Below are positions 36,591-49,424 of a DNA stretch of 64,000 nucleotides, one piece after another. Both the position numbers and the translations under genes were made by a program. Origin of the DNA: Lingula anatina (taxonomy: Eukaryota > Animalia > Brachiopoda); the NCBI GenBank assembly GCA_051362555.1, contig CM120649.1, positions 17,870,567-17,934,566 on the forward strand, read 5' to 3'. Numbering within the stretch: the first letter of the stretch is position 1; every line of letters begins with the position of its first letter. The notes below the pieces were generated by a model. It ran no database searches, had not been told where the DNA came from, and saw only the letters and a list, made by a program, of their open reading frames with translations.

Positions 36591-37015
36591 GTGAGGAAGT
36601 GAAATCACATTATTACCTCTGCAAAGAAAGTCACGTTTTTGGTTCCTTTACTTTGTTTGTTAGCAGTGTTATGCAGAAACTTATGGGCATATAACAGTAA
36701 AAATTTTAAGGTAGTTCTGAAATGGTCCATGGAACAAATGATGAGGTCTTGGTCATAGTCTATTTATTAAATAATGGCTGATCAATATTTCTTTTTTTTT
36801 TTGTCTTGGTGGAGGTTTGCGCTCTGTGAGTGCTTTTCATAGCATAGAAATAGTTTTCTGGTAGGGAAAAACTTAATAATTCGTCTGCTGAACTTGTGTG
36901 GAAGATGTAAAAAGCTGTAACAAAATAACTTTTTGGGGGTATGGACATTTTTATGCAGTACCAACGGTTACAGTAGGAAATATTCAAAATTTATCAACTT
37001 CATTGCTCCTTACAG

Positions 37016-37172
37016 GTTTTATCAATATTAGAAGATGAAGAAGACATCAACCAAGTCACAGAATATTTCTCCTATGAACATTTTTATGTAATCTATTGTA
37101 AGTTCTGGGAGTTAGACAAGGACCACGATCTCTTCATCAACAAGGAGGATCTGGCCAGACACAATGACCATG
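37016..37172 (+). CDS. PPP2R3B: PP2A B'' coding exon 8 (EF-hand 1)
   Basis: [45 protein letters not shown]; TACAG acceptor, GTGAGT donor. Confidence 0.96.
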
Positions 37173-37374
37173 GTGAGTAGTGTCCAAAATGGACTATAGG
37201 TGACACTGTTGTGAATGTGAAACTAAAATAACTTGTCTCTTGACTTTGTAGCCAAATTTTTAATTTTGACTTGCTATTGCTTATAGTAATTATTGAAAGT
37301 CTTATTATTAAAAATTCTTTGTTTATTGTGATTTTTATTTGAAAAGTTTTAATTTGGTTTTTGTTCTGTTCCAG

Positions 37375-37510
37375 CAATCTCTACACGGATGATAGACAGG
37401 ATTTTCTCTGGTGCTGTGACGAGAGGCAAGAACATTATGGAAGGCAAGATGAACTATACAGACTTTGTCTGGTTCCTGCTGGCAGAGGAAGACAAAAGAC
37501 AGCCCACCAG
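37375..37510 (+). CDS. PPP2R3B: PP2A B'' coding exon 9
   Basis: ISTRMIDRIFSGAVTRG...KMNYTDFVWFLLAEEDKRQPT; TCCAG acceptor, GTCAGC donor. Confidence 0.95.
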
Positions 37511-37854
37511 GTCAGCCATCTTGTTATTTTCATCACTAGGGATTTGATTTATCAGTTGTTGGTTGTGTTATTTATGTTTCCTTACTTAAATTCAGTCACA
37601 ATGCTATTGGTCATAAACAAAATACTGGCCAAACTTTTCTTGTTTCTTTCCTTTTGGATTTAATCTTTTTTTTTCATTTTTATTTTCATAAGCTTCTTAC
37701 AGATTATTTGGCAGTATATTTTTATTTCATTAACTTCACAGATTGCTGTAATTTTCATGATTAAATTGTTAAAACTCATTAACTGTATTACACGTAGAAT
37801 ATCAGTTTGGTGTTCCTCAAACATATTCCAAAATTCAAATAATTCAATCTGCAG

Positions 37855-37999
37855 CATCGAATACTGGTTCCGCTGCATGGACCTGGATGGGGATGGCGTC
37901 CTCTCCATGTATGAGCTGGAGTATTTCTATGAGGAACAGGTTCAGAAGATGGAAGCAATAGGAATAGAGCCACTGCCATTTGAGGATTGTCTATGTCAG
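37855..37999 (+). CDS. PPP2R3B: PP2A B'' coding exon 10 (EF-hand 2)
   Basis: IEYWFRCMDLDGDGVLSMYELEYFYEEQ...PFEDCLCQ; TGCAG acceptor, GTGAAA donor. Confidence 0.96.
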
Positions 38000-38281
38000 G
38001 TGAAATACAGTGTATATACTGCAATGTAACCATGTCAAATGAGTATACACTTCTTAGTGTTTTTTTTTGTGATATGTTTGTTAAGGTATTATATGAAAAA
38101 AAAAGTAAAATGGTGTTTTCAAGACAACATGCCTATAAACAATTGTTTCCATTACTTGAAACATTTTCTTGCGAACATTTAGAGTATGTAAGTATGTTTT
38201 ACAGCTGCTTTAAACTAGATGTTAGTTTCAATCTAAGACCATTTGTCAATGACAAAAAATAAAATGTCATCTTGATTACAG

Positions 38282-38431
38282 ATGCTGGATTTAGTAAAAC
38301 CAAGGGACACCACAAAGATCACATTGGGAGATTTGAAGGCATGCAAGCTGACACATATATTCTTTGACACCTTCTTCAACCTTGAGAAATACTTGGACCA
38401 TGAGCAGAGAGATCCATTTGCCAATGCTAGG
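38282..38431 (+). CDS. PPP2R3B: PP2A B'' coding exon 11
   Basis: MLDLVKP...ITLGDLKACKLTHIFFDTFFNLEKYLDHEQRDPFANAR; TACAG acceptor, GTGAGT donor. Confidence 0.96.
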
Positions 38432-38963
38432 GTGAGTGTGGTAGTTGAGATTGGGTTAAGAGGTGGGCGAGGGTGGCTGAATTGTGTTAGGTGTGACAGT
38501 GGAATTCTGAGAGTTTTTCTGTTGCTAACTGAATTAGTTGGAATAAAATGAAATGTGGCAGATTATGATGAAGGGTTGTAAAACAGGTACAATGAGTTGA
38601 TGTCATGTGAAGAGGTCTGTTTAAATGTATAAGGGAAATGTATTAGTTATGTCGTTTTTAAGCATACTTAAAATACAACCATCATGTCATGAAATTGGAT
38701 TTATTGTATTTAAAATATCTCAAACACAGTTAAAGGATTTTTTTAAATATTGTTTTTGCTTATATTTGAAGCACAAGTAGCACCTGATTATTTTAGTAGT
38801 CGGTTTAGATTCAGTTTGATTTTTCGTTATTTTTTCATTTTCATTTACACTGTCTCCATTTGTTGCTGACTTGTAATTTTCTGACCCTTATCAGACCTAG
38901 CTACCTGTTGTCCATACATTCACAATTGATATGTTATCACATAACCCCCTCTGTCTCCCCCAG

Positions 38964-39070
38964 GACCTGGACAGTGAAGGCCCAGAGGTGTCTGACTGGG
39001 ACCGCTACGCCGCTGAGGAGTACGAGATCTTGGTGGCTGAAGAGGGAGGTGTAGAGAACCCTGATGATAT
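38964..39070 (+). CDS. PPP2R3B: PP2A B'' coding exon 12
   Basis: DLDSEGPEVSDWDRYAAEEYEILVAEE; CCCAG acceptor, GTGAGT donor. Confidence 0.95.
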
Positions 39071-39425
39071 GTGAGTTGACTCTGAGGCTTGCTTATTTAC
39101 TTTATCCTGATGTATGGGAGACATTTGACAGAGCACCTTGTGGACAGTTTTACTGAAATTTTTCTGTGAAAAAGATACATTGTATCAAGATTAGTTAAGA
39201 ATAATTTACCATGAAATTGGGTACACTGTATTAATTTTTCTTTAGGTTACCTTTGAGTAAATTTTGCAAATGGGGTATAATCTTTAGTAAGCTTTCACTT
39301 CAAACTGATTATTGTGCATGTGCAACTGTTTATATGATAAAGAAAAGTAGACTTGAAAATATTGTTTTAAAAACTTTTATCTAAAGTAAATAGTTTAATC
39401 GGAGCATTTTGTTGTATTTTCCCAG

Positions 39426-39588
39426 TCAATATGAAGATGACTTTGAACCAGATGAGGATGAACTTGTAGCACTGGAAGCAGAAAAACTCCAACTTTTGGA
39501 CCCACCCATTAAAAAGGGTAAGCCAGCGGGTGTCTCGGACATAGAAGATGACCTATATGACTTCACTAATGAAGATCTGGGCTATTGA
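39426..39588 (+). CDS. PPP2R3B: PP2A B'' terminal coding exon 13 (acidic tail)
   Basis: TTTTCCCAG acceptor, phase 2 continues QYEDDFEPDEDE...DLYDFTNEDLGY then TGA at 39586-39588. Confidence 0.85.
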
Positions 39589-41976
39589 CAATGACACAGT
39601 TAATTCAAGGTGAAGCTCTAGTAAGATAGACCTGTATGTCACAGTACTGGATGGCACTGTGATTAAAGATCCTGCTATGAAAAAGTTCACAGTTGCAAAA
39701 CTGTCTGACTATGGGGATCGCCTTTATGGAAGGGTGGAGCAATTGCTGGTCAAATAAGATCTCATAAATAAACAGTAAAATTGATACCTGTGAAGAAGAT
39801 GTCTGTCCGTTGTTACTTACACTTCATAAACCTGTGAAGTTCTACAGATGTTAACAAGGTATGGAATAGTATAGAATTTGTCCCACTTTACTATGTAGAC
39901 GTGTAGGAATGAGCCTATAATTCTACAAATCACTGTTGTTAACATGACACAGAATAGAGATCTTTCCACTTTTCCACCTAAGACATGAAATGGTGGACTT
40001 ACAAACGCTAAAAGAAAAAAATCACTCATGATGGAGGATTATCATACTGCAAAATTGCAATCCTCTTGGACAAGAGCCTTGTATGCACTCTGTACTCATG
40101 GATAAGTATCAAGCAATGAGTAAAAAGTACTCTGTTGACATCAAGCATAATGGGGTGTGCCCTGGATCTTTGTGACCTCAGTCATTTATTTTATGTAACA
40201 ACAGGAAGGTAAATAGCAGTGAAAAACTGATTTAGTCAAAGATGAAGATGGCTATCAACATGTCAAGCTGCAGTGATGGCTTCAAGGTGTTAGACAGTCT
40301 AAAAACCAGAGCCACCATTACCAACATTTGACTGGTTTAAGTGATATAATGTGGCTGAGGGTGCAGCTACAGTGGTGCCATCTATGATTGTGTTCAGGCC
40401 TGTATGCCAAAGATGAAAATGGCTGTCAAGAAAGTGCATGGCAAAGATTTTTTTAATGCGCGTGTCAAAAATCTAGCTAATTTAACCAATGGTTACTTGA
40501 GTGGAAAGTAATAATAAAAAAAAAACAACGGGCAATATTGTATATCTCATTATTAGATAAATTATAAAAATCATCGGCCCATTTCTATAGAATTGTCAGC
40601 TTTGGATAAGATGGAAAGAACTGATATTAAGTTGAAATTAATTGTTTGAATCTAAGAGATAAATGAAAAAAGGTTAGTATTAATTAGATGGTGTTATAAC
40701 AGCAAACATCTTAGAACTTAATTATTCTGAATAACATAAAACTAGACAGAACTCTGTCACCTGAAAGGTGAAAGTATAAAATGAAAGTGATAAAAACATG
40801 AAGTGGCCTTAATCCCCATATCAGGTACCTTTTATGCTGCTTATTTCTTAAAAATGCATTAAGCAGATATAGGAAAAACACCCTGTAGAGAGTTGAGAGT
40901 GGTTTGTATACAGTATACCATCTTAAGTGCTGAAATGTTCATGGTCATAGATGAGATAGTAACTTTAGGTGTCCATGCTGTTTTTTTTTTCCTTTTTTCA
41001 TAGCCAATACGTTTTTTTTTTTCTTTTTATTTGTTGATATTTACTAAAATGGTGACAGTTTGATGAAAATCATTGCATTTGTTATTATCATATTATTATA
41101 ATGATAATGATTAGTAAAATATTTGAGCCATAATACATTATCCTTAATTGAGGGAACCTACACATGCTACCTTAAGCCTTAAAGAGGAAATTCAATTCTC
41201 AACATAGAATCCCTCTTTTTACCATCCACTATAGTTTTCAAAGTTTGATAAGGTTAAAATGATAATCAGGCTCATTTTTTACTGCCTTTCATGTGGCGTT
41301 CAATTTTGTAAAATATTGTTATGTATTACTTACCTTTAAACTTCTTACTTGGTTATGTTGTTGCATTTGAATATTGAATTGTTTTGTAATGCAGCTAATA
41401 TTTTTTACTGCAAGTTAGTGCATAACTTGCAAGTAATTTTTATTTATTTGTACTTGTCATCAGTCAAACTAAGACATCTTCAAGGTAGTAAGTTATAGAA
41501 GATGGTGCCAGTATATATAGACAATATTGTGCAAAAGATTGTTTTAAAGGATAATGTGTAACAAAAGGCATTATGTATTTATTCAGGGAGGACATGAAAG
41601 AAAACGAGAAGTTTTATGAGTAATTGCATATAATATCTTTTAATATTGAATTGAAATTATGACAAAGATTGTAAGATGTAAACTTTTGAATTGAAGATCT
41701 GTAGAAGTGCTGTAATAAAGGTATTCTGAAGGTTTTGAACACTATTAATAACTTGACCGAAAGCAAAATGCTTGCTGTAATATTTATGAGGACTTTTGTT
41801 TTTGAATAACTAATGAGTTTGAAGTAATCGTGTAATATTAATAATTTATTGATGACATCATAATTTATTTGTGATGTCATACTGTATATGTGACATCACA
41901 AATTTTTGTATGTATTTTCAGTTGAGGTTGCTTGTGCAGCCAATGTAAGTGACAGTTTTTCCAATTAAGCAAACAT

Positions 41977-41982
41977 AATAAA
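41977..41982 (+). terminator. Candidate poly(A) signal of the PP2A B'' gene
   Basis: AATAAA followed by T/GT-rich sequence at the end of the CpG-poor domain; earlier AATAAA copies exist (e.g. about 39767, 41714), so the choice is uncertain. Confidence 0.4.
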
Positions 41983-42169
41983 CTTGTTTGTTATGAAAGA
42001 GGATGTTTTAGTATTATTTATTATTATTTTGTTTGTTCAATCACATGTTGTCGTTATAACTGATACAATTATCCGATATCTTGCAAAACGAAGCCAATCC
42101 ACTCTGCACAAATTCAGTAGGTATAATTTCTTTAGAAATGAAAGCAAAACACATAGGCACTATACCATC

Positions 42170-42175
42170 TTTATT
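42170..42175 (-). terminator. Candidate poly(A) signal of the mGluR-like gene
   Basis: TTTATT (AATAAA on - strand) with TGTGTTTTGCTTT about 20 nt downstream on -; other candidates lie closer to the stop codon. Confidence 0.35.
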
Positions 42176-43714
42176 TGCAACAAAACATTTAACTTTTAAA
42201 TCACTATTTTATATATTACTGACTGTATGTTTTCGAATGAATTCCCCCGTCTCACATTACCAATTATTCATAACTACATAAACTATTGCCTGAAATTTGC
42301 AAGCAAAATAAGATTTCAACTTCATGAATATATAATAAATGAATAATATAATAAGTTGGCCCGGGGTTACCACATTAGCGAGTCTTGCCCTCTACCTTGG
42401 CCGCACATTATTAGGTGCACTTTTTGCCAACACGACAGTGAAGATATGTGCCATGAATTACCCAGAAACACATTTGTGAACATTAGTGAAATATCAATTT
42501 GTTGGCCTGGTGGAGGGTAACCGTGTCTGGCCTGGTTGCTCGTCTTTGGATACATGTAGTCATAGATTGCTTTTTACTCGTACAAAACAATCTAAAAATA
42601 TATCTTCAAAATTTATAATGGAGATTGCTCTAGACGAAATAATGACTTCCAGTTCGGCTTGTTATAGGTGCAGTAAATATTTAAATACCCATATAAATAA
42701 TAATCAAACTCCATATCATCATTGTCTTTTTTATATACGCATTCAATGTTTGATGAAGATATTGCAAAGAACGTGTAATATTGCATGCCATATTATAAAC
42801 TACAAATGCACCTTCCAAAATAAGACACCAAACCGGAGAAAAGCACATGTTCATTATGTCAAAAATATAGAATATTCCTTGATCATAAAATAGAAGATTT
42901 AACATATAAAATAGAAGTATTTATCATATATAATTCCAAAGGTATAGACAACACAGGTGATCGTTTTAACCACAATAAAAAATCAGTGTTACATATCTAG
43001 ATATTACATAACGGGAATATTAAAGTAATGTTATCCAGTGCAAACAACAAAGATTTCAAAAACAAAATATCGCCGAAGGTTCTATAAGGTCCACTCTGAT
43101 CTCCTCTGGGAGATATATTTTCTGATTACATTTTCATTTTCTCATGCAAGTAAAGAAAAAAAAAAACACAGGAGATCAGTTTGATGTCGCCAACATAGGT
43201 CAAACAGAAGTGTTATGCAGCTTTAGCATATTATTAGTGTTGTTAAACACAGGAACCGTTCACTTGCGCTAGGCCTTAACCCGTGGGTATTTTCGTTACC
43301 CGTGAAAGCTACTTTTTATTTCCAGACATGCGTGAGACGTTTGTTAAGATACTTCATTTCATGTAGCGTGATTTGTGAAGCACATCATTCACGCAACTCG
43401 TAAATGAGACTTCTTATTCTCTGCCCCTCGTGAAATGAAGTCATTATACACGGCGATTTGTGATTTTCAGGATTTCTGATTGGCATTATCAGTGAGATAT
43501 TAATAAAGTTTTATTTACTGAAATTTGTGAATTGATCATTTTGTTTCCCTAGAAATTGTGATCACTCCCCAATCCCAATGGGAACTTCTGTTAAGGGCCA
43601 ACTCAAGAGTTCGTTTGCAAAGGCTCTGGATAAATTCATTTGTACTTTTGTATACTGTTCATCACCACCACTTCTATTTATTCGCGATTTAACTGTCAAA
43701 CCGTGCTGCCAATT

Positions 43715-43930
43715 TCAACTTATCGTTGCTACTGCCAGATCATGATGGTGCTCATACGTGGCCTCACGTGCAGTGAAGGGGCGGGGCTCCACGGTGATGG
43801 ACGCGGCGACTCGACCTTGACCTTGAAGTGACGTCATGTTGCTGCTGCCAGCAAGAGGCGAGACTGAGGTAGTCGGGTTGAGTTGATTGATCTGTATGGT
43901 GTCTGCATCCACATAGGCGATGGCGTACAC
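43715..43930 (-). CDS. mGluR-like class C GPCR, coding exon 4 (C-terminal tail)
   Basis: AATAG acceptor; VYAIAYVDADTIQ...AVATIS then stop; continues (YAPK)VYAI, typical of the end of class C TM7. Confidence 0.85.
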   Translation of the reverse strand: MYAIAYVDADTIQINQLNPTTSVSPLAGSSNMTSLQGQGRVAASITVEPRPFTAREATYEHHHDLAVATIS

Positions 43931-44215
43931 CTATTGTAATATGGTCAGTATGTTCAAACAAACTTTGTTATATCAGTTTCAATACTGGTATAATTATAAT
44001 AATTATGATTTTAGCTGTTATTTGTATTCTTGTTATTGTAGTTTAATCACACAAGTAATATGTTTTCCATAAATGTTAAATTTACTAAAATAATGAAATA
44101 AATAAATAAATAAAAAACTGAAAATTGAAAAGCATTTTTGTGACAAAATTCAAACTTAGTTTTAATTAATAAATAAGTAAGTAGATAAATAATAATAATA
44201 CGTTTAAATACTAAC

Positions 44216-44581
44216 CTTAGGCGCATACAGAAAAGCCAGCACAACTGTCGCATTCAGAATCAGTGCCACTGAGAGCAGCACCACCCTGAAGTAGGCCGCA
44301 GACGTGGTGAAGTAGGTCGGGATGAAGGCTAGCCAGATCACCAGGGTCGTGTACACACACATCGAGATAAACTTGGACTCGTTGAAGTTGTCTGGCAGTT
44401 TTCGCGTTTTGAAGGCGTAGAAGCTGCACATGGCGACAAGGAGGATGTTATAGGCAAGGGATGCGACGATGCCTTGTATGGGGAGCTTGCAGAGGAGTTC
44501 GACGAATTTTTCCGTCTTGACTGGCATGCGTTGTTCTATACCAGGAGGGTTGACCGCTGCTGTGATGATGCTTATGATAAC
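44216..44581 (-). CDS. mGluR-like class C GPCR, coding exon 3 (TM4-TM7)
   Basis: YAFKTRKLPDNFNESKFISMCVYTTLVIWLAFIPTYF, the class C signature; CTCAG acceptor, GTTAGT donor, phase 0. Confidence 0.95.
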
Positions 44582-44882
44582 CTGAGCGAAACCAATGGTG
44601 AAATCGAAAGTGAAAGTGCAAGTAACTTGATTAAAGGCACATTCAGTTTTTAAAAGTCCACTGAACCACTTTGTTTAATATTGAATTCGACTAAAATTAT
44701 TGAGAAAATTATAAAAAAAATAGCAATGAGTAAAAGCGTTCTGTACCTAGCTCCTATGTGGTTTATAGAAGACGGATAACTTTAAATATTTATCAATTTA
44801 TGTAATTATATAACAAATTAGTAAATAATCAAATATTAATTAATTTGTAGGAATAATTTAAATATGATAATGTATTACCTAC

Positions 44883-46394
44883 CTCTATCGTGATCAGCAA
44901 AGACGCTATAATCACTTGGGATCGGGGACTAACCAGTGGCGGCCTCTTTTTGGTCTTTTTGCCCGATGCAAAAATGCGGTAGATGCGATTCGTGCGCGTG
45001 AAGAGTGGCGCGTAAATCCAAGCGAAACTGAGGCTGAACCCGAAGTGCTCGACGTAACAGAAATGGTCCTCTGGCTTCGCAAGGAAGAAAATGGCGGTCA
45101 AGTAGCTGACGAACACCCCAGTGAGGATGAGGTAGGCTAGCTCTCTGCTGCAGGCTTTTATCAGTTTAGCGTTATTATGTCGAATGAAGAAGGCTAGAAT
45201 GAACGCTGCCAGGATGATGCCGATGATGCTGAAGGTGAGTATCGTGATAGCTAAACTGTCCCCCCATCTCATGTGTTCTGGTTGGACGCTCTCGCATGAC
45301 GTCAGACTTTCGACCGGCCACATCAGTTCTGGACACTCTTTGCAAGATGTTTGGTTGGATACGAGGTATTCGTTGTTGCGACATTTACGGCATTCCCAGC
45401 AACAAGAAAGCTCCTTCTGCAAGTAAAATTCACCTTTTCCACAGGGTTTGCTACATACTGACTCCGGGGTCTCAAGACTCACCGATTCTGAGGTCACCCA
45501 AATGATAGGGTTCTGATCGACTAACTGCACGTGACCGACGTCAGCGTCCCACGAGGCCACAGCGACCTGTTTGTAGTCGGACGATTTATTCTGCAACTGC
45601 TCTATGTCATACTGGGCCAAGATGTCTCCCTGTTTGTCAAACTTAACTCGCCCAATATGCCCCTGGAATTCCACTTCCAACAAGTACTTTAAAAGCAAGG
45701 ATCCGTTGATACATTTGCTGACATTTTGACCCACAACTCCTGGGCACCTTTCTTCGATGAGGCTGTGCAGCGCATGCGCAAAAACCAAGGTGGTGTCAAT
45801 TACCAAAGTGGCAAAACTCATCGGAGCGAACCCGTTCGCTTCGGTCATTCGGTTATCTTCGTCACAGGTCGGCTTCCCGGTGCCGTTTGTCCAGGAGCAG
45901 TCGAAGTACAGTTCCCAGTGCTCCATGAAGTATGGGTTGTCGCTGCGGATGGCGGGGTGTAGCCCTTTGAACCACGTGTTAAACTCGCGCGCATAATCAA
46001 ACCCTGGCCTAATGGTCAATATCCCCTCCGCGGCGTCCGCGCTGTCCCCCAAGTCGGCGATTCCCACCGACACCCCGTCGCTGCCGATCCACTGGAACAC
46101 CCCCATGGCGTCTGCCCGCTTCACCGCTTTAAACAACTCAATGGCCGGCGATATATGCATTATCAACAGCACTGCTCGGGCGTTGCGGGCATTGAGAAGC
46201 ATGCTGACGGTGAGGTCCCAGTCCGACTGCTGGAAGCTGTCGCTGACCACCCGGTCCACGGCGATGCAGATGCCGAAGTCTTTGGTCAGTTTGCGCACGG
46301 TCTTGGCGGCGGTCTCGCCGTAGTCGCTGTCCACGTAAAGAACGGAGACGTACGTCCATCCAAACTTGTTCAAGATGTCTACCATGGCTTGGAC
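44883..46394 (-). CDS. mGluR-like class C GPCR, coding exon 2 (rest of Venus flytrap, cysteine-rich domain, TM1-TM4)
   Basis: AMVDILNKFGWTYVS, DYGE, WIGSDG, PESVCSKPC..CCWECRKC, IKACSRELAY, RTNRIYRIF; CCCCAG acceptor, GTAGGT donor; 504 codons. Confidence 0.96.
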
Positions 46395-47380
46395 CTGGGG
46401 GAAGTAAAGAAATACTGGTGCATTATTTACTGCTTGAGTTGTATGAATATTATCAGGCAATCAGATAATTTAGTACATAAATGAAAGGGTTTTATTTTTC
46501 AGTTTATTCTAGCACCCATGAAATAGAGAAGGTGACCCATGACTGGTCTATAGAATGCTTAGTGATGAACATGCAGCCTCTCTAATGTAACACTTATAAG
46601 GGTTTAAAACTTTCATGAAATTTTCGATGAACTTCGAAACTGCTCAGTTTGCTCTGCAAGCTGACCCATAATTTGTATTTAAAAAAAATCTTTAAAAATG
46701 TCTACCTAAGCATTGTATTTTGACCCACGGAACCTCTGCTTTCACATAAGAGCAATCACACACGTAGAGCTTCCTTTTAAAAAAAGATGTCTTAGTGATC
46801 GGCCAGTAGAAACCTTTATAATTCACTATAGCAGACCTTGGAACACACAGAACCACTTTAAGTGTCTCGACTTTCTTGGAAAAAAACCTGGCTGTAATCA
46901 GCTAAATGGCACTTGTTGGTCAGGTGAAGTGACCGTGGGCACCTGTCCTACTTGTTGACATTTCTGTATACGACACCCGGGCATCTAGGGACAGACGTCC
47001 AATCTTCAATTTCCAATCTTCAATTTCCTTAATGTTTAGTGAAGAACACTTTGCACGGATTCTTTCACGGCATAACAATATTTGGTTCTTCACAAAGATT
47101 GCTCTGGCGAACTGATTTTAACGACACCAAGACAAAGACGACGGAATCTACAGTTGATGATTCCTTTTTACAAATTATTTGTAGTTTTGAAAAATAAAGA
47201 GCATATTCATTATTGTGTCTCAATATGCGCACAAATTTCACTAACGTTATATTTACTAAAAATATTTAAGATTTTCACAAGATGTGGTTATATTTGGCAA
47301 TTTATAAAATCCCACGAGTACGTCTTATGTTTTAAGCATCCTCAATGTTGCTACTTTTTCAAAACGGTCACTTCCTTTAA

Positions 47381-47718
47381 AGGGATAATAACTCTTCATA
47401 TGAGATCTATATTTCACAATGAAAACATTGTGAACAACTCGTAGAAATACAATATATTCTGTTTTACCACAAAAACGGCAGTTATAGCTATTATTCTGAT
47501 ATCTGAGCTTGTCTTCAGACCACGTGACCTCCATTGATGGCTATACTCTGTTATAATCTCTTAAGAGATTTTAACAGAAAACCAAACTTTTTAGAAAAAA
47601 AAACAGGGACTAACTTTGAAAGTAAATATGGATTCATGAACCATTGGTAAGCACGGAAAAGTTGTTGTTTACTCCAGGAAAATTCATTTTTTGGCCAAAA
47701 CGAAGAGTTATTATCCCT
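47381..47718. mobile_element. Kolobok-like MITE family C, copy 2
   Basis: TTAA|AGGGATAATAACTCTTC ... GAAGAGTTATTATCCCT|TTAA; colinear with 28858-29195. Confidence 0.9.
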
Positions 47719-49209
47719 TTAAAATGGAAGTTTAACGTGCAGAACGATTATTTATCGCGTTCTGTAATCAAATGTGTTCTGTCACTAAGGCAAAGGTATA
47801 ATAAAAAAACACTGCCGTTACAACCCCTATGATTGCATCCATCTCACTGCTAAATCACCAGTCGCTAGTGTCTTCGCCCGTCAATCAAATTTTGTCATTA
47901 ACTGACTACCAGCGAGCCCTGTGATCAGAAAGTACTAGTACTTCTTCTGTACTCTCTACCTGGGCGACAGATTGATTTCCCACTAGGTATTTACAGAAAT
48001 GTCACTGGTTAATTCTTGGCACTTTTCAGCACTGTGGAAAGTGCACGTAATTAATCTGTGTCCCAGGTAGAGGGTACCTTTTGTGCAACATCGGTTGAAA
48101 GTACATCGCGTTCTTGACACCTTAACGTGACCTCAAACGTCGACGCCTTGAGTTGTTTATCAGCCTCATCGGATCGCCGGCCTGCTTCTGGTCACTTTCA
48201 TTACATCTATCTTTCGTGAAAAGAGATATCAGTGAGTTGAAAGGGTGGCCACGTGCCAAGAAGGACGCTGAGATTTCTCTTTACTTTAGAAATGAAGGAT
48301 GAAACGCGCCTTAAATGAGCGAGAAGGAACAAAAAAATGGCGCCATTCTTTACGATAATGGATAGAGAAAGCCTGTCATTTTAAAATGAACTATTTGTAA
48401 TTATTTTAATTCAGCTGTATTTGTTCAAAATCTTATGGCGCAGAAAAGGCACGAAAAAAGGCATACGAAGTAAATAAAATTAATTGTCTTACTTGTCTTC
48501 AATCACGTGTAACTGCCCATGGTTGACATGGTTAATTTCTTTTAAGTAATCCACACCATTGTCAAAACTATGATAAAACCATTCTTTCGTTAAGATTCAT
48601 AGCGATGCAGTTCAATCCTGCAGATACTCAAATCAATTCTATAAATGGTCTGTGAATCCGAAGCAATTCTCGCTAAATAAATGAGTATTTTGTTTTTGAG
48701 TTTTTCTACGCCATTACCCCATGCTTCAGTAACGCAAGAATCCTACAAAATATCCGAAGTTTGTCGACAACCGATCTAAGAGTTAAAGAAACCGTGTAAG
48801 TCCTACAGTATTGAGCTATCCATCTGATTTACTTCTTGGCCATGCCACTTGATGACGAATTACTCTTACTTGTGCACTTACGACAGTATTTGCGGTGTTT
48901 ATTCTCCGTTTGATAGTTTTCTTTTTTTGTTACATAGTCAAAGGTATATAGCTGTTAAGATATTTTATAGCTTTGGAGCTTAGATACTGTGTCCAGACAT
49001 TTCTGTGCGTTCAAAGTAGGAAGGATTCTTTGACAGTTAAATAATAAGCTTACAAATACATCTTTTTTATCGTTTATGTTATTTCATTGGTTCTTATGGT
49101 ACCTGCTTCCTTAACTGGTGAACGTGGTTCAAGTATTCTATTCAAAGATTCTCTGAAAAGGTGCGAGTTGAATAAATGAGTAATTGAATCGCTTTTTGAT
49201 GCTTTCTTT

Positions 49210-49424
49210 GACCCCATTTCCAGAGATTAGATCGATCTACTTTAGATCGACCTAACTCCCTGGGGGTTCACGCTAAATAGCTGTCAGCCGAGCGGACACG
49301 AAAGTTAATTACCCCCGTACAGCTTGTAGTAGGCGGGACGGACATTTAAGCCGGATTATTTGACAGTAATCTAGTGAGACTCCCCGCGGGGATAGATCTA
49401 TCTAAAAGCTCTGGGAATACAGCC
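49210..49424. mobile_element. MITE family D, copy 1
   Basis: About 210 bp near-identical to 62987-63201; imperfect TIRs ATTTCCAGAGATTAGATCGATCTA ... TAGATCTATCTAAAAGCTCTGGGAAT. Confidence 0.85.

Noticed and set aside
44916-46484. Several + strand and alternate-frame ORFs overlapping the GPCR exon
   Set aside because: Shadow ORFs of a GC-rich coding exon.
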